Part shown: positions 27,101-40,739 of the stretch, piece after piece
How positions within the stretch are numbered: position 1 is the stretch's first letter
How the letters are laid out: every line of letters begins with the position of its first letter
NCBI GenBank assembly: GCA_958009085.1
Contig: OY253675.1
Location: 1,178,001-1,237,397, forward strand
Direction of reading: 5' to 3'
Length of the DNA: 59,397 nucleotides
From: Protoeuglena noctilucae
Lineage: Eukaryota
Position numbers and translations under genes: made by a program
The notes under the pieces: model-generated
Database searches by the model: none
The model's input: only the letters and a program-made list of their open reading frames with translations
Told to the model about the DNA's origin: nothing

Positions 27101-28774
27101 CGCCTCCAGCAGGTGGCTCCCCGCCACCTCCCCCGCCATGCGCCCCACGTCGTCCGCTGCCAGGTCCGCCAGCAGCTGCCCCGCCTGCTTGAGGCCGGCA
27201 CCCGAGGGGAGCAGCGCCGAGGAGCCCAGGAGGGAAGGCACCAGCAGAAACACTGGGAGGAGGGCGGAGATAAGGGTGGGGTCATTGGTATGCACTGGGG
27301 TCTGTCACGCTCGCTCATGCCAGTCTCATGTACGACCCCAATCGCACGCATGAATTGCATTCGTGTGTTGTCATCCATGCTCATGTACACAACCCCGTCG
27401 TCTCCTCACCAATGTCCTGGTCCCCCTCGAGTGCGTAGAGCAGCGCCTGGATGGCGGGGGACGCATAGGGATGCATGGCCAGGCGGTCGGTCCACTCCCC
27501 GGGGCTGCGGGACGCCAGGGCAGCCACGGACTTGGCCACGGACATCTGAGGAGAGGGAGGGGATGGATGACAGGAAGTGATTCAGTGTGTGATTGACTAA
27601 GTGACCCTGCTACGGCCTTGGCCACCGCCATCTGAGGGCAGTGCATGAGCACCAAAGGACTGAGTTAAGGTGTGTTCATCATGTCCCTCACCGTGCATTC
27701 CGGGAAGGGCGGCGCCTGTTGCCTCTTCGCCCCCGCCCCCTCCAGCTTCCAAGCCCCCCCTCCCCTGCCGCGCTCCAAGTCACACCCAGCTGCCGTCGAC
27801 AGCAGCCGCCTCAGCACATGCGACCCGCACTTGTCTGCAGACAGCAGCAGACGCCAGGGACAGTGGAGCCATAGTCACAAAACGTGACTCACTCACCTGC
27901 CGTCATTCTCTCTCCCATGCCCCATGCCTCACCCGCCGCGACCGCGTGCACGTCCCTGGTCATCGCTGCCGTCACGTGACCCATCGCGCGGCGCAGGGGG
28001 CCACTTTCGCTGTCCTCCCCCCCCTCCTCCTCTTCCCTCTGCGCCAGGGCACCGATGCGGTCCAAACACTTGTCAAGCACACGGCTGCCGAAGCTGGGGG
28101 CAGGGGAGCACATCGCGACAGTCACGGTGGTGTTAAATGGCCAGAAATTATCTGTGGTGTGAGAGAACACATGCGCATAGCCACTCCCCTGCCCCGCTCA
28201 CAGCCGGCTCACTGCAGCCACCCTCGCCTGTCCACCGCCCAATCTCACCCCCACCCCTGCCCTCGCCTGTCCACCGCCATGGTCCCCAGCGCCTGGGCAT
28301 CGAGGCTCTCCACAAACGACGCCAGGTGATGCGGGCCCAGTGCCCCAATCAGCGCCTCCACGGCCAGCGACCCATCGCGGTCACAGCACACCGCCAGCTG
28401 CTGAGGGGCAAGCTCCTGAGTGGAACGAAGAGACGAAGAGGGAGTGGGCAAGGATGTGAGAACAGAGCGGATGTGAGGACAGGACTGCCATGGCGGACCC
28501 AGGGCCGGGCCACTTCCTCTCTAATCAATTCACTACATGACACACTCATATCATGCCCAAGCAACGACTCGCCTCGAGCACATTCTGGACGAGGATGTCC
28601 CGCTCGTCCTCGTCATCCTGTGGGGAGGAACGCAGGTCCGGCACAGGCGCACGACGCGGGTGCGACCTTCTGTGCCCGCGCTTCCGCCGCGCCCCTCACC
28701 ACCGACTGCAGCTGACCCTTGATCTCCTTCAGATACGCGAGGGTGTCGCGCGAGACCCTCCCAAAAGCCGACAT
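24105..28774 (-). CDS. NOP9: Nucleolar protein 9 / Pumilio-23-like PUF protein, multi-exon
   Basis: PUF-like repeats: CCDRDGSLAVEALI, FGSRVLDKCL, LARHPHANFVLQAAL, LGCSILQGVL, MDRGGCRCIEAFL and GARTVERCF; basic low-complexity tail. Termini approximate. Confidence 0.8.
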
Positions 28775-29376
28775 GGCGCGCGCCACGCCGCGCGGGGCTG
28801 GGGGCGGAGCGCGGAGCCGGGAAAAGCAACGCTGTGCCGCCGCAAGGTCAGGCCCTCCCCCAGAACAACGCAGAGGTATAGGCGGCCGAAAAGGCACGGC
28901 GACGAATGCATGCGCAGTCAAGGGTTCGCAAGTCGTCGAGTCACGCCAAGCGGACGCGACAGAGCGAACGGGCGGGCCCCTGCCCTCCGTCAGCACGCAA
29001 GGCTTGGTTCGTGCGTGACCTTGGCAGGAGAGGGGTGGGAGAAACGCGTGCGCGCTTCTTCACTTGTTCGAGATTACCTGGTCATGCATGGGCGGCGCCC
29101 AGGACATCCCCCTCGCCCAGGGTTCACTGACACGGTGCGGCCGTCGCAGTGCCAGACCTCCACGGTGGCGCTGCGCCTGTCTTCCTTTGTGCGCCGGGCA
29201 CTCCCGCCCTTCCTCCTTCCGCTCGTGTCGCGAGACGCCCTCTGATGCACGCGCACGAGCCCTCCGCCTGCGTCTGCAGCTGCCAAAGCTCCCCCGTGCG
29301 CCTTCTGCGCGCTGCAAGTCCCGCCGTGCCGGCCACCCTAAACTTCTGAGTCACGGTCGTGCGCCAACCCGTCGCC

Positions 29377-32128
29377 ATGGCGGGCCCCTTCCCCCTCGGG
29401 GCAGGTTGGGAGGACCTGCAAGTGCAGCCCCTGTTGAGCCCGGGTGAGCGCCGCGTAGGGGATGCGGGGCGGCGCAGTGGCTTCCCGTCGGGATATATAC
29501 ACGCTCTCTCTTCCTGCGCTGGAGCGGAGTCGACCTTCGCGCGTGATCGGTGGCCGCAGTGGGCGACGTAGGGGACGCAGACCCCAAGAAGCTCAGCAAG
29601 AGGCGAGCGGCGATGCGAATGGCGGGAATGCATGTGGGATGATGAGTGGGTGTTGTTGCGCATCGCCTCATCGTTCGCGGCGGGCACTGCGTGCTTGATT
29701 GTGGCCGAACCCTAACGCTGCGTGCTTGGCAGGCAGCACCCTTCTCCTTGCCTCTCAACAGCACCCATGCTGCATCAATCGCCCTCCTCATTGCAGACGG
29801 AAGAAGCAGGTTGCGGAGTTCGCGCGTGGCTTGCGTGAGATGGAGGACCTGGCTGCAGGGGTGATTCGCGTGCCTGGTGTTGTCAGGGGGACGGGGGAGG
29901 GTGGGGCCGCAAGGGGAGGGGAAGGTGGGGGAGAGGGAGATGGGAAGGCGAAGGGGGTGGGGAAGGAGAAGGGGGGCAAGAAGGAACGAAAGGGGGAGAG
30001 GGATGGGAAGGGAGATGGGAAGGGGGGCAAGAGGGAGGGAGAGGGAGAGTGTGATGGGGGTGGCAAGGGGAAAAAAATGAAGGGAAAGGGAGAGGGAGAT
30101 GAGGGTGAAAAGGAAAAGAAGAGGGAGAGGGAGGGAGAGGGCGATGGGAAGGCAAAGGGGGTTGCCAAGGTGGGCAAGAGGGAGAGGGAGAGCGAAGGGG
30201 GTGGTAAGAAGGGGACCAAGGGGGCAGGGCGCGAGGGTGGGGTTACTGACAAGGGGCGTGCAGAGGGTGGGGAGGGAGAGGGTCAGGGTGCGAGGGAGAG
30301 TGACGGGGTCAGTGGCGCTGGGAATGTGGGAGGGGTAACGGGTGGGAGCAAGAAGGGCAAGGGGGGTGAGAGGAAGGGAGGAGCGGGGATAGTGGATGGG
30401 CGGGGAGAGAAGGGGAAGGGAGAAAGCAAAGGGGGTGAGAAGAGGCAGAGGGAGGGCGGGGATCTGGGGGGCGGAGGGGATGGTGCAGCGGGGGTGGAGG
30501 CGGAGGGTGGGGGAGAGGGCGTGGGGGCGAAGGGGAAGGGGAAGGGGAAGAAGAGGAGGGAGGTGGAGGGTGGTGAGGTGGAGGACACGGGGGTGGGTAA
30601 GAAGAGGAAGAAGGGCGACAAGGGAGATGAGAAGGGTCAGGGAGAGAAGGTGACCGACAAAGGGGTGGCTGGGAAGGGCGAGGGGGTGGGCGAGGGTGGG
30701 AAGGGAGACGCTATAAGCGAGGGTGGCCAGGCTGGCAAGAGGAGCAAGGGCAGCAAGGTCGACGATCCAGGCATGCAACAAGAGAGGGACCCTGAGGGGT
30801 CGCGGTCTGCCACGGCCGGCCCCTCTCCTGCTTCCCACTCTGCCCCGTCCTCGCTCCTTGCCAAGATGCGCGGTCACCTGGCGGGCGGTCGCTTCCGCTC
30901 TCTGAATGAGGCTTTGTACACCCGCACGGGTGCGCAGGCGGCCGCGATGATGGCCGAGGACCCGGGCCTCTTTGACGCCTACCACCAGGGGTACCGGTGA
31001 GAGATGGGGCGCATATGGGTGTGTGTGTGCATGTATGCCATTGATGCTTGTTGACGCCTACCACCAGGGGTACCGGTGAGAGATGGGGTGACGGGGTATG
31101 TGCATGCGTGACATTGATTGCTCTGTGCGTGAGGGTGGCGTCATGGGCCACTCAAGTCACCCATCCACGCTCATTCCCCCGCAGTTCCCAGGTGGAGGGG
31201 TGGGAGGAGAATCCCCTGGACGTGGCCATCCGACGCATCAGGGGGATGCCCAAGGCGAGAGAGTTGCTTAGGGATATACGGCTGCAGTGCATGATGCTGT
31301 GTCCCTCTCTAACCCTCTGCTGCGCTTGAGAGGGAGCGGCAGATCGCAGCACATGACACGGTGTCCTCTCTATCACCGACTCTATTCCCCTCTGCCACTC
31401 CCCCTCAGGGCTCCGTGGTGGGTGACTTTGGCTGTGGGGACGCGCGCCTGGCTGCCAGCGTGCCCCACCGCGTCCACTCCTTCGACCTGGTGGCCAAGAA
31501 CTCCAAGGTCGTGGCGTGCAACATCGGTGAGACCAGCCACTGCTGCTAAGATGGCAGCGATGCGGGTTCTGTCACGCAACACCCAAGCACAGTTTGCAGC
31601 GTGCCGTGTGCCACTCCAGTGTGCGGTGTGCAGTGTGCGACTGCTCTACCTCTCTCGCTCGCCTCGCAGGCCGCGTCCCCCTCCCCAACGCCTGCCTGGA
31701 TGCGGCGGTGCTGTGCCTGTCCCTCATGGGCACCGACTACGGCTCATTCCTGGAGGAGGCCAGGCGCACCCTCAAGCAGGGGGGGCTGCTGTGGATCGCG
31801 GAGGTGAGATCGTGGGGAGCAGAGATGCGGCACCTCTGCTTAAGTAGGGCTAAATGCGGCTGTGAGATCCCTGCCGTTACACCTACATCCACTGCCACTC
31901 CTTCCACCCCTCAATCATCGCCCCCAGGTGCGCAGTCGCTTTGCCCTCCCCGACGAGCGGTCAGGACTGGCCGCCTTCCGCAAGGCGCTGACCTCGCGGG
32001 GATTTGAGGCGGTGCGCGTGGATGCCAGCAACAGGATGTTCGTGGTGGTGGAGGCGCGCAGGGGTATGGGGGGAGGGGAGGGGTCAGCGTGGCCGGCGCT
32101 CAAAGCGTGCGAGTACAAGCGGCGGTGA
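29377..32128 (+). CDS. RRP8: rRNA-processing methyltransferase RRP8 (nucleomethylin)
   Basis: LAGGRFRSLNEALYT, FDAYHQGYR, WEENPLD, VVGDFGCGDARLA, VLCLSLMGTDY, LWIAEVRSRF and LKACEYKRR*; long G/K/E-rich N-terminal region. Confidence 0.92.
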
Positions 32129-32300
32129 TGTATGGGTGTAGGTGGAGAGCTGAGCGGTGCTTGTGAAGGCTTGCGAGTACAAGCGGCGATGAGGGTGGGG
32201 ATGAATGGAGCTGAGTGGTGCTTGTGAAGGCATGCGAATGCAGGCGGTGGTGATGAGTGTGGCGAGCTGAGCGGGACTTGTAAAGGCGTGCGAGTGTAAC
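32090..32300 (+). repeat. ~60-bp degenerate tandem repeat echoing the RRP8 stop-codon region
   Basis: GCGTGCGAGTACAAGCGGCGGTGATG-like units near 32105, 32169, 32230 and 32286. Confidence 0.75.
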
Positions 32301-32479
32301 AGCCCTGGCAGCCCCTCGCATTTGCCCTGTAACAGCATCAAGCGCCGATAACCACGCGTCTGCTTCAAGCAGCGCCTCTCAAGGGCGCGTGCGCGCAGTC
32401 GCTGCCTACCACCGCACCCCTCCCACGCATGCCCGCCATGCGATGTATTGCACACTGGCATGCGTCACCCGCGGTCCCT

Positions 32480-34739
32480 CTAGCACCCGGGGCACCCCGT
32501 GGCCAGCAGGCCGAGGCTGGCCCAGAGGAGGTACTTGAGGATGCACCAGGGGTTCTGCGGGGGAGAGACGAATTGTGACAGGGGTGTCGTGTGCCATGCA
32601 CAAAGTCTGCTCAGCCGCGGCCAGGGTCAGCCGCACATGGAATGCATTAAGTCCATGACCCAGGTCTAGCCACCCCCAAACCCCCACTGCGCTGACGCGG
32701 CCGCCTCGTCGGCTGCCTGGTCTGCTCACCTTCTGCACGAACACCGTGACGGGCTCGACGGGCTTCTCGACGGTCTTGACGAAGGTGAAGAACTCCTTGG
32801 TGTACACCTGAGGCAACGAGACAGCCACAGATGTTGGCCATTACACATTCTGCGCATTCCTCGCCAGGAATCGTCGCTGGCTACGATCGCCACGCTGCCC
32901 ATCCCCGCCCACTTGCCGCACCCCAAGTCGCCACCACCACTGCCCTGCGCATCCCTGCCCACCGCACTTGCAACTTGCCACCCTAACCCTAACACTCCCC
33001 TCCCCCCTCACCACTTCGGGCACGGTGACGGTCTTCTGCACCGGCACGATCTCCACCTCAGGCACAGTGACGGTCTTCTGCACGTGGATGATCTGCGGCA
33101 CGGTCTTCTCGATCGTCACCACCTTGGTCTCCACGGGCACCTGCTGCACCGTGGTCGTCGTCGTGGTCGTCTGCTGCTCCTGCGTGGCCTGCACCACCGG
33201 GGCCGTCACGGTGGACGGGGCCGTGACGGTCGAGGGGGCGCCCGAGGCATTCACAGACGTGGTGGTCGAGGAGGAAGACGGGGAGGAGGAGGAAGACGTC
33301 GCGGCTGGGGAGAGGGAGGGGCAGCATGGGTGGTGGGGACAGGACAGGAGAGCGCTGTGCGGGGTGCAGCTGCGGGGGCGCTCGCAAGACACCAAGGGCG
33401 AGGAAGCAGCGAGTCGCGTCGAGCTACAGCAGCCTCTGCCTCTCACCCCCCGACGCCGTGAGGTTGGGGAGGAGCACAGCGTCGATCTCCGTGACCTGCA
33501 CCTGCGTGCCGCACACGTCCCCGCCGCCCACGATGTTGGCCGTGGTGCCGCCGGACGAGGTGACGGTGGAGGCGGTGAGGGTGTCGCTCTGCCCGTTGAG
33601 CGTCGTCAGCGTGCCCTGGTAGCAACCGCCGCCCTCTGCGGCAGGCGGACCAGCAACAGGCTTGGTCAGGGAGGGTGCCGCGCATCGTGGCCAGCAGAGA
33701 GCGATGCACATAACATGGGAGCAGGCCATGTGCTGCATTTGAAATAAGAACACGTCAATGCGCCACGCATCGCCCCTCACGGCTGACGTGCTGCTGGAGC
33801 ACGAGGATGAGGAGCTGCTTGTTGGCATAGAGCTGGTCCTTGGTGACCTGCAGCTTGGAGAGGAGGTCCGCGAAGGCCTGGTTGGTGGGGGCGAAGATGC
33901 ACGCGGGGGTGTTGAAGATGGAAGCCGCGAGACCAGCGCTGCGGGGGGGGGGGGAGGGGGACGAGATGAGCTGAAATGTGAGGCAAGTGCGCATGGGGGC
34001 GACCATGGGATGGCGATCCCCCTTGCAGGTGCCAGCCCCGCCCTTGGCCACGACTCACGCGTTGAGTGCGTCCGCGAGGGCCGAGAAATCGCTGAGGAAC
34101 TGGTTTTGGTCCAGGCACGAGGAGGAGTTGGTTGTGACGGACTCCGTGGGGCCGGAGCCGGACAGGTTCAGAGACACGGACTGGACTGCGGGAGGGGAGC
34201 GTTTGCGGGAGATGCGGACGCGCGTGGGCGGGAGATGCACGGATATCGGAGATCGCAGCCGGCCGCAGGCGCAGGCGGGGCGGGCAAAGCGGATGAGTGT
34301 GCCATGGAACGGCGCGGGAGGGGCGCGGGCATTGACGCGCGAGTCCCCATCGTCACACCTGGGCCCGATCCCTGCACCCTGCGGGCACGCACGAGGGGGA
34401 CGGGCTCGTTGGCGGGGCGCGCGGGGCCAGCTGCACAGGGACCCCTCAAGGCCGGCGGCTGCGGCAGAGTCGATTATACGCGCTCTCGAGCCACATAACG
34501 CATCACTCGTGCAATATATCCCCGCGATAGGTAGCCTCAACGCTCAACGCATGGCCGTCGAGGCCGGGAGGCGCCGCATCCGAACCGGCGAGCACGAAGC
34601 CGCGGGGCGCGTGCCGCGTCGCGTACGGGGCCTAATGAGCCCTTCATTGGACGCAACTATGTAAACGCGCTCACCTGCGTGCGCTCGCCACCCCCATACC
34701 CATCGCGAGGAGCGCGACGAACGCCTGGACGGTCCGCAT
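32480..34739 (-). CDS. Fasciclin (FAS1) domain secreted/surface protein A
   Basis: Signal peptide MRTVQAFVALLAMGMGVASAR; H1 CIFAPTNQAF and H2 EIDAVLLP; S/T/V-rich stalk; hydrophobic C-terminus NPWCILKYLLWASLGLLATGCPGC*. Confidence 0.8.
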
Positions 34740-35029
34740 CGTCGTGCTCTGGGGTGATCGACCGCAGAAAGCGCAAAGATCGGCAATGGCAGATCGCGAC
34801 GCCGACAACGGCTACAAAAAGCCTGGAGCTGGGGCCGCGGAGTGGCGTCAGGGACGCACCGCAGCAAACATGCCCATGCCCGCCCGCCCACGAGGCCCAG
34901 GGCGCCCCTCCGCGCGAGAGGCGCCAGGTGACGCAGGCAGCAGGTCTCACTCGAGCTAACACACTTCAAGCGAGCGGCAGCCATGGCCGCGCGTGGCCGC
35001 AGGGCTCCATGCATGTGCGCCCGGGCGTC

Positions 35030-35830
35030 TCAGCAGCGGAATTCGTGGCCCGTCAGCCGCATCACCTCCTCCCGCAGCCTGCGGACACAGACCTTGTGAT
35101 CGACGCGGGCAGCGGCTGCACTGCGCGGGCGCGGTAGCCCGCCGCTGCCTGCCCCCACCTGTCGTGCATCTCGTGCCCGTCCCGGTGATAGACCCACCGG
35201 CCGCCCCTCAGGTCGTACCGCACGGGCCCCGACACGGGCGACGATGCCCAGATCTGCCGGTTCGGGGTCTGCTTGTTGATGACGTACGTGCCCAGTGAGC
35301 CCAGCCGCACCGTCAGCACCCCCTGCACGCACTCCACGTCCGACCCCTGCAGTGGCACCGAGGCAGGACTCTCACCCTGAAAGCCAGCAGCCTCTCGCAT
35401 GACAGTCCCACTGCACACACGCTCCCCTCCCCATCTATCAGATACCCCACGTGTGGGTGCCCTCCCCAGCGGCCCTCGCCTGCACATCGTGTTCCTCAAA
35501 GAAAGCCTCGAAGTTCTCCAGCAGTCCGTGCAGGCACTCGTCCGCAGCGTTGTGGAATGCGTGCTCCGGCACCTCCTCCGCGTGCATCACCCTCAAGTCG
35601 TCCCCACGCCAACGCGTCTGACGAGCCCCTACGCCCCACCACGGGCCAGGCAGGGGGCGGATGGCCGCGCGGGACAGGGCGCAGCCAGGGTGCAGGCTCA
35701 TCGCACGCGTGTCGTTGCCGCCTGGGATCGCCGATGTGGCCGCGTCATCTGCCCCTTGGCTCAGACCTCGCCTCCCTTCACTCAGAGACGTACTCGACAG
35801 CGAGGCCGAGAGGCATCGGCACGCCAGCAT
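35030..35830 (-). CDS. FXN: Frataxin (mitochondrial)
   Basis: [52 protein letters not shown]. Confidence 0.93.
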
Positions 35831-36508
35831 GACGCCAGACTCCCCTGTGTACGGAAGGTGCGAATACCGGTGGGATCCCACTCGCGGCGGGGCAAGGAGC
35901 AGGCAGGGATGCGTGCAGGCCTCGAGAGCGCTCGCAGCAAAGCAGAGAATGAGAGGGCGACGGATGCGACGCGCAGCTAAGGCAGATAGCGCTATGTGCG
36001 CGAGCTGGCGAGAAGCATACACAATCACCGACGGCGGCAGCCCCGCGTCCAGCGACGTGCGCCACGCCGGCCATCCCCGCGGCGGATCTCCCCGGACGCC
36101 ACGCTTTGACAATGCCCCTCTATCAGGTGAAGTCGATGACGTCGATCGAATGACGAGAATGCAGCAACAAGCCCGACGCTCGAAGCGAGTCCGTGGCTTT
36201 GTGCATGCAAGCTTGGTGAAAATAAGCCAGCAGCGGCGGGCTCAATGCTTTGGTACTTCTCGGCAACGATCCCTGCTGCACGCCAGCGGCAAGGACGGCT
36301 TCTGTCGACCTCCTGACGAGACGGCGACTCACTGGGGCTCTGACATAGGGTTTCGCTCCAGGCTGGCAGTGCCAGGTAAGCGGCTCTCATGACCGGGAGG
36401 CGTTCATGGGAACGTGTATGAGCCGGGCCACTGCTGGAGGAAGGGATGGTCCGGTCAAGGGTTGGTGCCTAGGGCCGCCCGTTTCGTAACGTCCCTCCCA
36501 CTGGCAGC

Positions 36509-37257
36509 ATGGACAGGCCGAGGGTGGTCTTGTATTACACGAGCACGCCCTCCACGCACAAGGTCAGGTCGGACACCCAGGTCCTGCAGACGCTTTTGAT
36601 AGGTGACAGTTGGTCAAACGCATGGGGCCCCAGGCGCGCCCGCGCCGTTCCGTGGCCCGCGCCTCGCGCCATCGCGTGGACCAGCCGCGACGCGAAATTG
36701 AGTGCGCGCTCGCGGCCAGGCGCGGCCCCCACGCAGCGCGCGCTCGCCCGCGGTGCCTGCGTCGTAACAACTCCCCGATGCCGCCTATATCCCACCCCTG
36801 CAGCCAAGTCCCGCTTTCAGGGGATAGATTACGAAGAAGTGGATCTGTCGGAGGGCCCGTGGGCGCGCCGGCAGATGCTCCAGGGCCGGGGCGCCTCCAT
36901 CATGTGAGCGGCTCGCTCGAGCGGCGCCCGGGCAGCGCCTCCGTCTGGCCGGCGCACCTCCGCTGCCACCTGTCGCATCTACATAACATTTTGTCACCAT
37001 CGCTGCCCTTTCCGCAGCCACATTCCGCAGCTGCACGTCGGGGGCGTCTTCCTGGGTGGCCTGCGAAGGGTCCAGGACCTGGAGGACGAGGGGCTCCTGA
37101 ACGACATCTTACTCGGCCACCAGCCACCCACGCCACCCAGCGAGGAGGCCTACCCCGAGTACTGGCTGTGAGTGTGTACAGATGGGATGGCATGAACACG
37201 CGTGCGTTTACGTGGCAGAAGCAGCGATAGCGTTGCCCCCGCAGGCCCCTGGTGTGA
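36509..37257 (+). CDS. SH3BGR/glutaredoxin-like protein
   Basis: VVLYYTSTPSTHKVRSD, GIDYEEVDLS and FPQLHVGGVFLGG..VQDLEDEGLL. Stop at 37171 if unspliced, or 37257 if intron 37168-37244 is removed. Confidence 0.75.
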
Positions 37258-37263
37258 GCCGGG

Positions 37264-40200
37264 ATGTCGACGCTGGGGGAGGTGGGGGGTGCGGTGGCCC
37301 ACGACGCCAGGCACGCAGTCCCGGGGGGCTCCTCCTGCGCCCACGCGAGTGCCAGCGGGCGAGGGGCGGGGAGGGAGCGTCGTAGGGGCAAAGGGCAGGC
37401 TGCGGGGCAGGGGGGTCGCGGGCGAAGGGAGCCGAGGGCGCTGTCGGCGGGGGAGGTGTGCCAGGCGTGGCTGGAGGCGCATGGGTCATGCGTGGAGGGG
37501 CTGCGGAGGGGGGTGGCGGCGGCTGGGTGGGCAGTGGCATGCGCACTCATGGAGGGGGCGACGCACGGTGAGGGTGGAAGGGGATTTGTGCATTGATGTG
37601 ATGCTCACGGCGCCTGTCCTGTCGGGGATCAGGGACACGCACCTGTCGTCGTGTCGGCTTGGTTTGTCTCTCGTCCTTTGCGGTGTCTCGCTGAGTAATG
37701 GGTAGCCGATGCCGGGTCTCTGCCACCCCTGCAGTCGGTGGGTCCATGGGGGGACGCGCGCGTGCCTGCGAGCCACTGCGGGACTTTGCCTGGGAGCAGC
37801 TGCACACGGGTGAGGGATGCCGTCCTTCTGCTCCAGGCATACGAGTATTGGCCCCCCGCATCCGCACTTGTTTCACCATTCAATCCCCACGTCTCTTTGT
37901 TCCCCCCCCCCCCCAGGCCATTGGTGCGACGTGCCTGAGCTGTGGCGGGACCTCTACGCCCTGGCCAGCTGCCTCCAGGTAAGTGATGGCCCATGCACAT
38001 CACATGCTCAGATGCGCACTGCATGTCAAGCACCTTCTCTGCAGCAAGTGACCGTTCTTAGTACCATGTACAAAGCACAATCGCGTCACCCACCCCCAGG
38101 TGGCGTGCGAGGGTCACGCGTCGGTGGAGTCCCAGTGCCGCAGAGACGCCCTGGTGCGCCACATGCGTGCATTGGACATGGCTGCCATGATGGGCGGACC
38201 AGGCACACGGGGGCTGGTGCAGGCCATGGCAGCCGCCGTGCACGCGGCACTAGCGGACCAGGCGGGGTGCGTGTGGGTGCACATGCCATGGCACACGTGC
38301 TGCTGCTGTGTGTTGCAATAAGCATCGCTGTGCCTGGTCTCATTCTCCTGCAGAGATGCGGAGGACGAGGATGCAGGCGGGGATGGGCTGCCACGTGCCA
38401 AGCGGCCACGCGTGGGTGGCGATGCAACTGTGGCTGCGGCTGCGACAGTGGGTGTGGCTGCTGCAGTTGCTGCGGAGAGCGGATCGGGTCGTGGGAGTGG
38501 CGTGCGTAGGAGGGCGGAGGGGGAGGCGGGGGCTGGGGAAGCGGGTGCCGGTGCGTGGGTGGTGGCTTGCAAATGGCGATCGACTCAGAATGGAAGCGGC
38601 CGTATCTGCCTGGCATGGTAACTCGCCTTGCCTAGTACTGCACGCATGCTGCACAGCCCTCTCCGCCCCCCATCCCCGCAGCCCCCCCTGCCAAGCGCCC
38701 TCGTCAGTTGTGGGACGACGGCACGTGCCATGACGAGGACGTGCCACCAGGCAGCCTGGCAGGGGTGGGGCAGCCAGTGCCCACCCTCGAGGCAAGGACG
38801 CACCTGTTTGTGTGGCTGTGCTGAAGCTGTCTGGTCATGAGCCACGTCTCTGTCGCCATCCACTCTCGCTTCCATGCAGCAAAAATCGATGCCGCCATGC
38901 ATGTCCTGTCATCCCACCGCTTCTCTGCCCCCGCAGCGCCCCTCCCTGCAGTCCTTCTGGCAGTCTCACATGTCCGTGGAGGGAGGCCGCCCCGCGTTGC
39001 TCACCGGGTGCATGGACCACTGGCCGGCCATGTCCGCCTGGCCCGACCCCGGCCACCTCCTCCGCGTCGCGGGGTTCCGTACCGTGCCCGTGGAGCTGGG
39101 GAGCAGCTACCTGGCACCCGAGGTGGGGGAGACTGCAGTGGGCAGCTGTGTGCATGACTGTCATAGCATGAGAGACTCACCTTGACAGGCACAGCATGAC
39201 AGGCACCTCACGAGAGACCCAGCATGACAGGCACAGCGTATGGCAGGCACATCATGACAGTCACAGCATGACAGTCACACCGCGTCCCCTTCCGTCTTTG
39301 CAGTGGACGCAGCGGCTGATGACCGTGGGGGAGTTTGTGAGGGACTTCATGAGGCCAGGCGGCACAGGGAACGCCACGCCAGGCGCGGAGGGGCACGGGC
39401 AGAGCGCGGCTGTGGCGGGGATGCGGGCGGCTGCCACTGCACACGCCAACGAGTGGGCGGGTGCGTGGGTTGATAACGCGCAAGCTGTGCATTGGCCCTC
39501 CTCTACTATCGCACTGCCGGTCTTTTCCACCTGGTTATCGACCCCGCTGACTTTACCCCTGGCCTCGCAGGCTCTTCCGCATGCTCGCCACCGCGTCACT
39601 GGCGAGACACACCAGCCGGCAACGGTGAGGGCAGGCGACTAATTGCAGACGCTGACGACGGCCACACCGTCACAGCCACTCCCAACGCACCCAACGCTTC
39701 TGACTTCCCCCGCAGTTCACACCAACCGCCGCCTGCGCCGCCACTCGCACTCCCCCTCGCACACGTCCACCTCCGCCCCGCACCCGCCCCCCACCGACTC
39801 CGCCTCCGCCACCCCCCACTCCTCCGCCCCCGTGCACCTGGCCGCGCCCTGCGTAGACCCCGTCTCGCGCCCCCAGCACCGCCTCAGCTGCGGTGTCGGG
39901 GAGGTGGGGGAGAGACTGGCGGGCAGCATGACGGAGCTGAGGGGTGCCCTGTCACCCGCGCAGCCGCCCTCTCCGCCCGCCTCTCTGCCCGGGCCACTCA
40001 CGGGGTACCTGGCGCAGCATCCCTTGTTGGACCAGGCGAGTGATGCATGGGTGAAGAGGGAGCAGCCACTGCTATGCATGCCTTGGACCAGGCGGGTCTT
40101 AGGTGAGGAGGCGAGGGCGTTGATGGACCGTCCGGTTGATAGTATTAACAGCCACCCATGTCAACGCCTGTGTCCCTCAATCCCCGCAGATCCCGGAGCT

Positions 40201-40739
40201 TCGCCGCGACGTGGCTGTCCCCGACTACTGCTGCCTGGGCAAGGGGGAGATGCGGGGCATCAACGCGTGGTTCGGGCCCAGGGGCACCGGTGAGGGGCAA
40301 CGATCATGGGGACATGAAGGGCGACGATGCTGGCATGCAGCGACACTCCATGCTGTGCCTTGCTTGCGACTGGTTCGCTGTCATCAAGTGCACCCCTCTC
40401 TTGCATGCACCCCCACACCACCCTCTCCCCCCCCCAGTGACCCCCCTCCACACCGACCCCCACCACAACCTCCTCTGCCAGGTCGTGGGCAGCAAGTACG
40501 TCCGACTCTACCACCCCTCCCACTCCCACCACCTCTACCCCCGCGGAGACTCCCTGCACTCCAATGCCAGCCGCGTCTCCCTCGACCGCCCCGACCACGG
40601 CCGCTTCCCACTCTTCACCGACGCCCCCTTCGCCGAGTGCCTGCTGCGGCCGGGGCAGATGCTCTACATCCCGCCCGGGTGGTGGCACTACGTCCGGTCA
40701 CTCTCTGCGTCCATGTCCGTCTCCTTCTGGTGGGAGTGA
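37264..40739 (+). CDS. JmjC domain protein, JMJD5/KDM8-like
   Basis: [89 protein letters not shown] and [20 protein letters not shown]. Confidence 0.9.

Noticed and set aside
32981..32993. CCCTAACCCTAAC as a telomerase RNA template
   Set aside because: It lies inside a short intron of the FAS1 gene with no supporting RNA features; likely an interstitial or chance motif.
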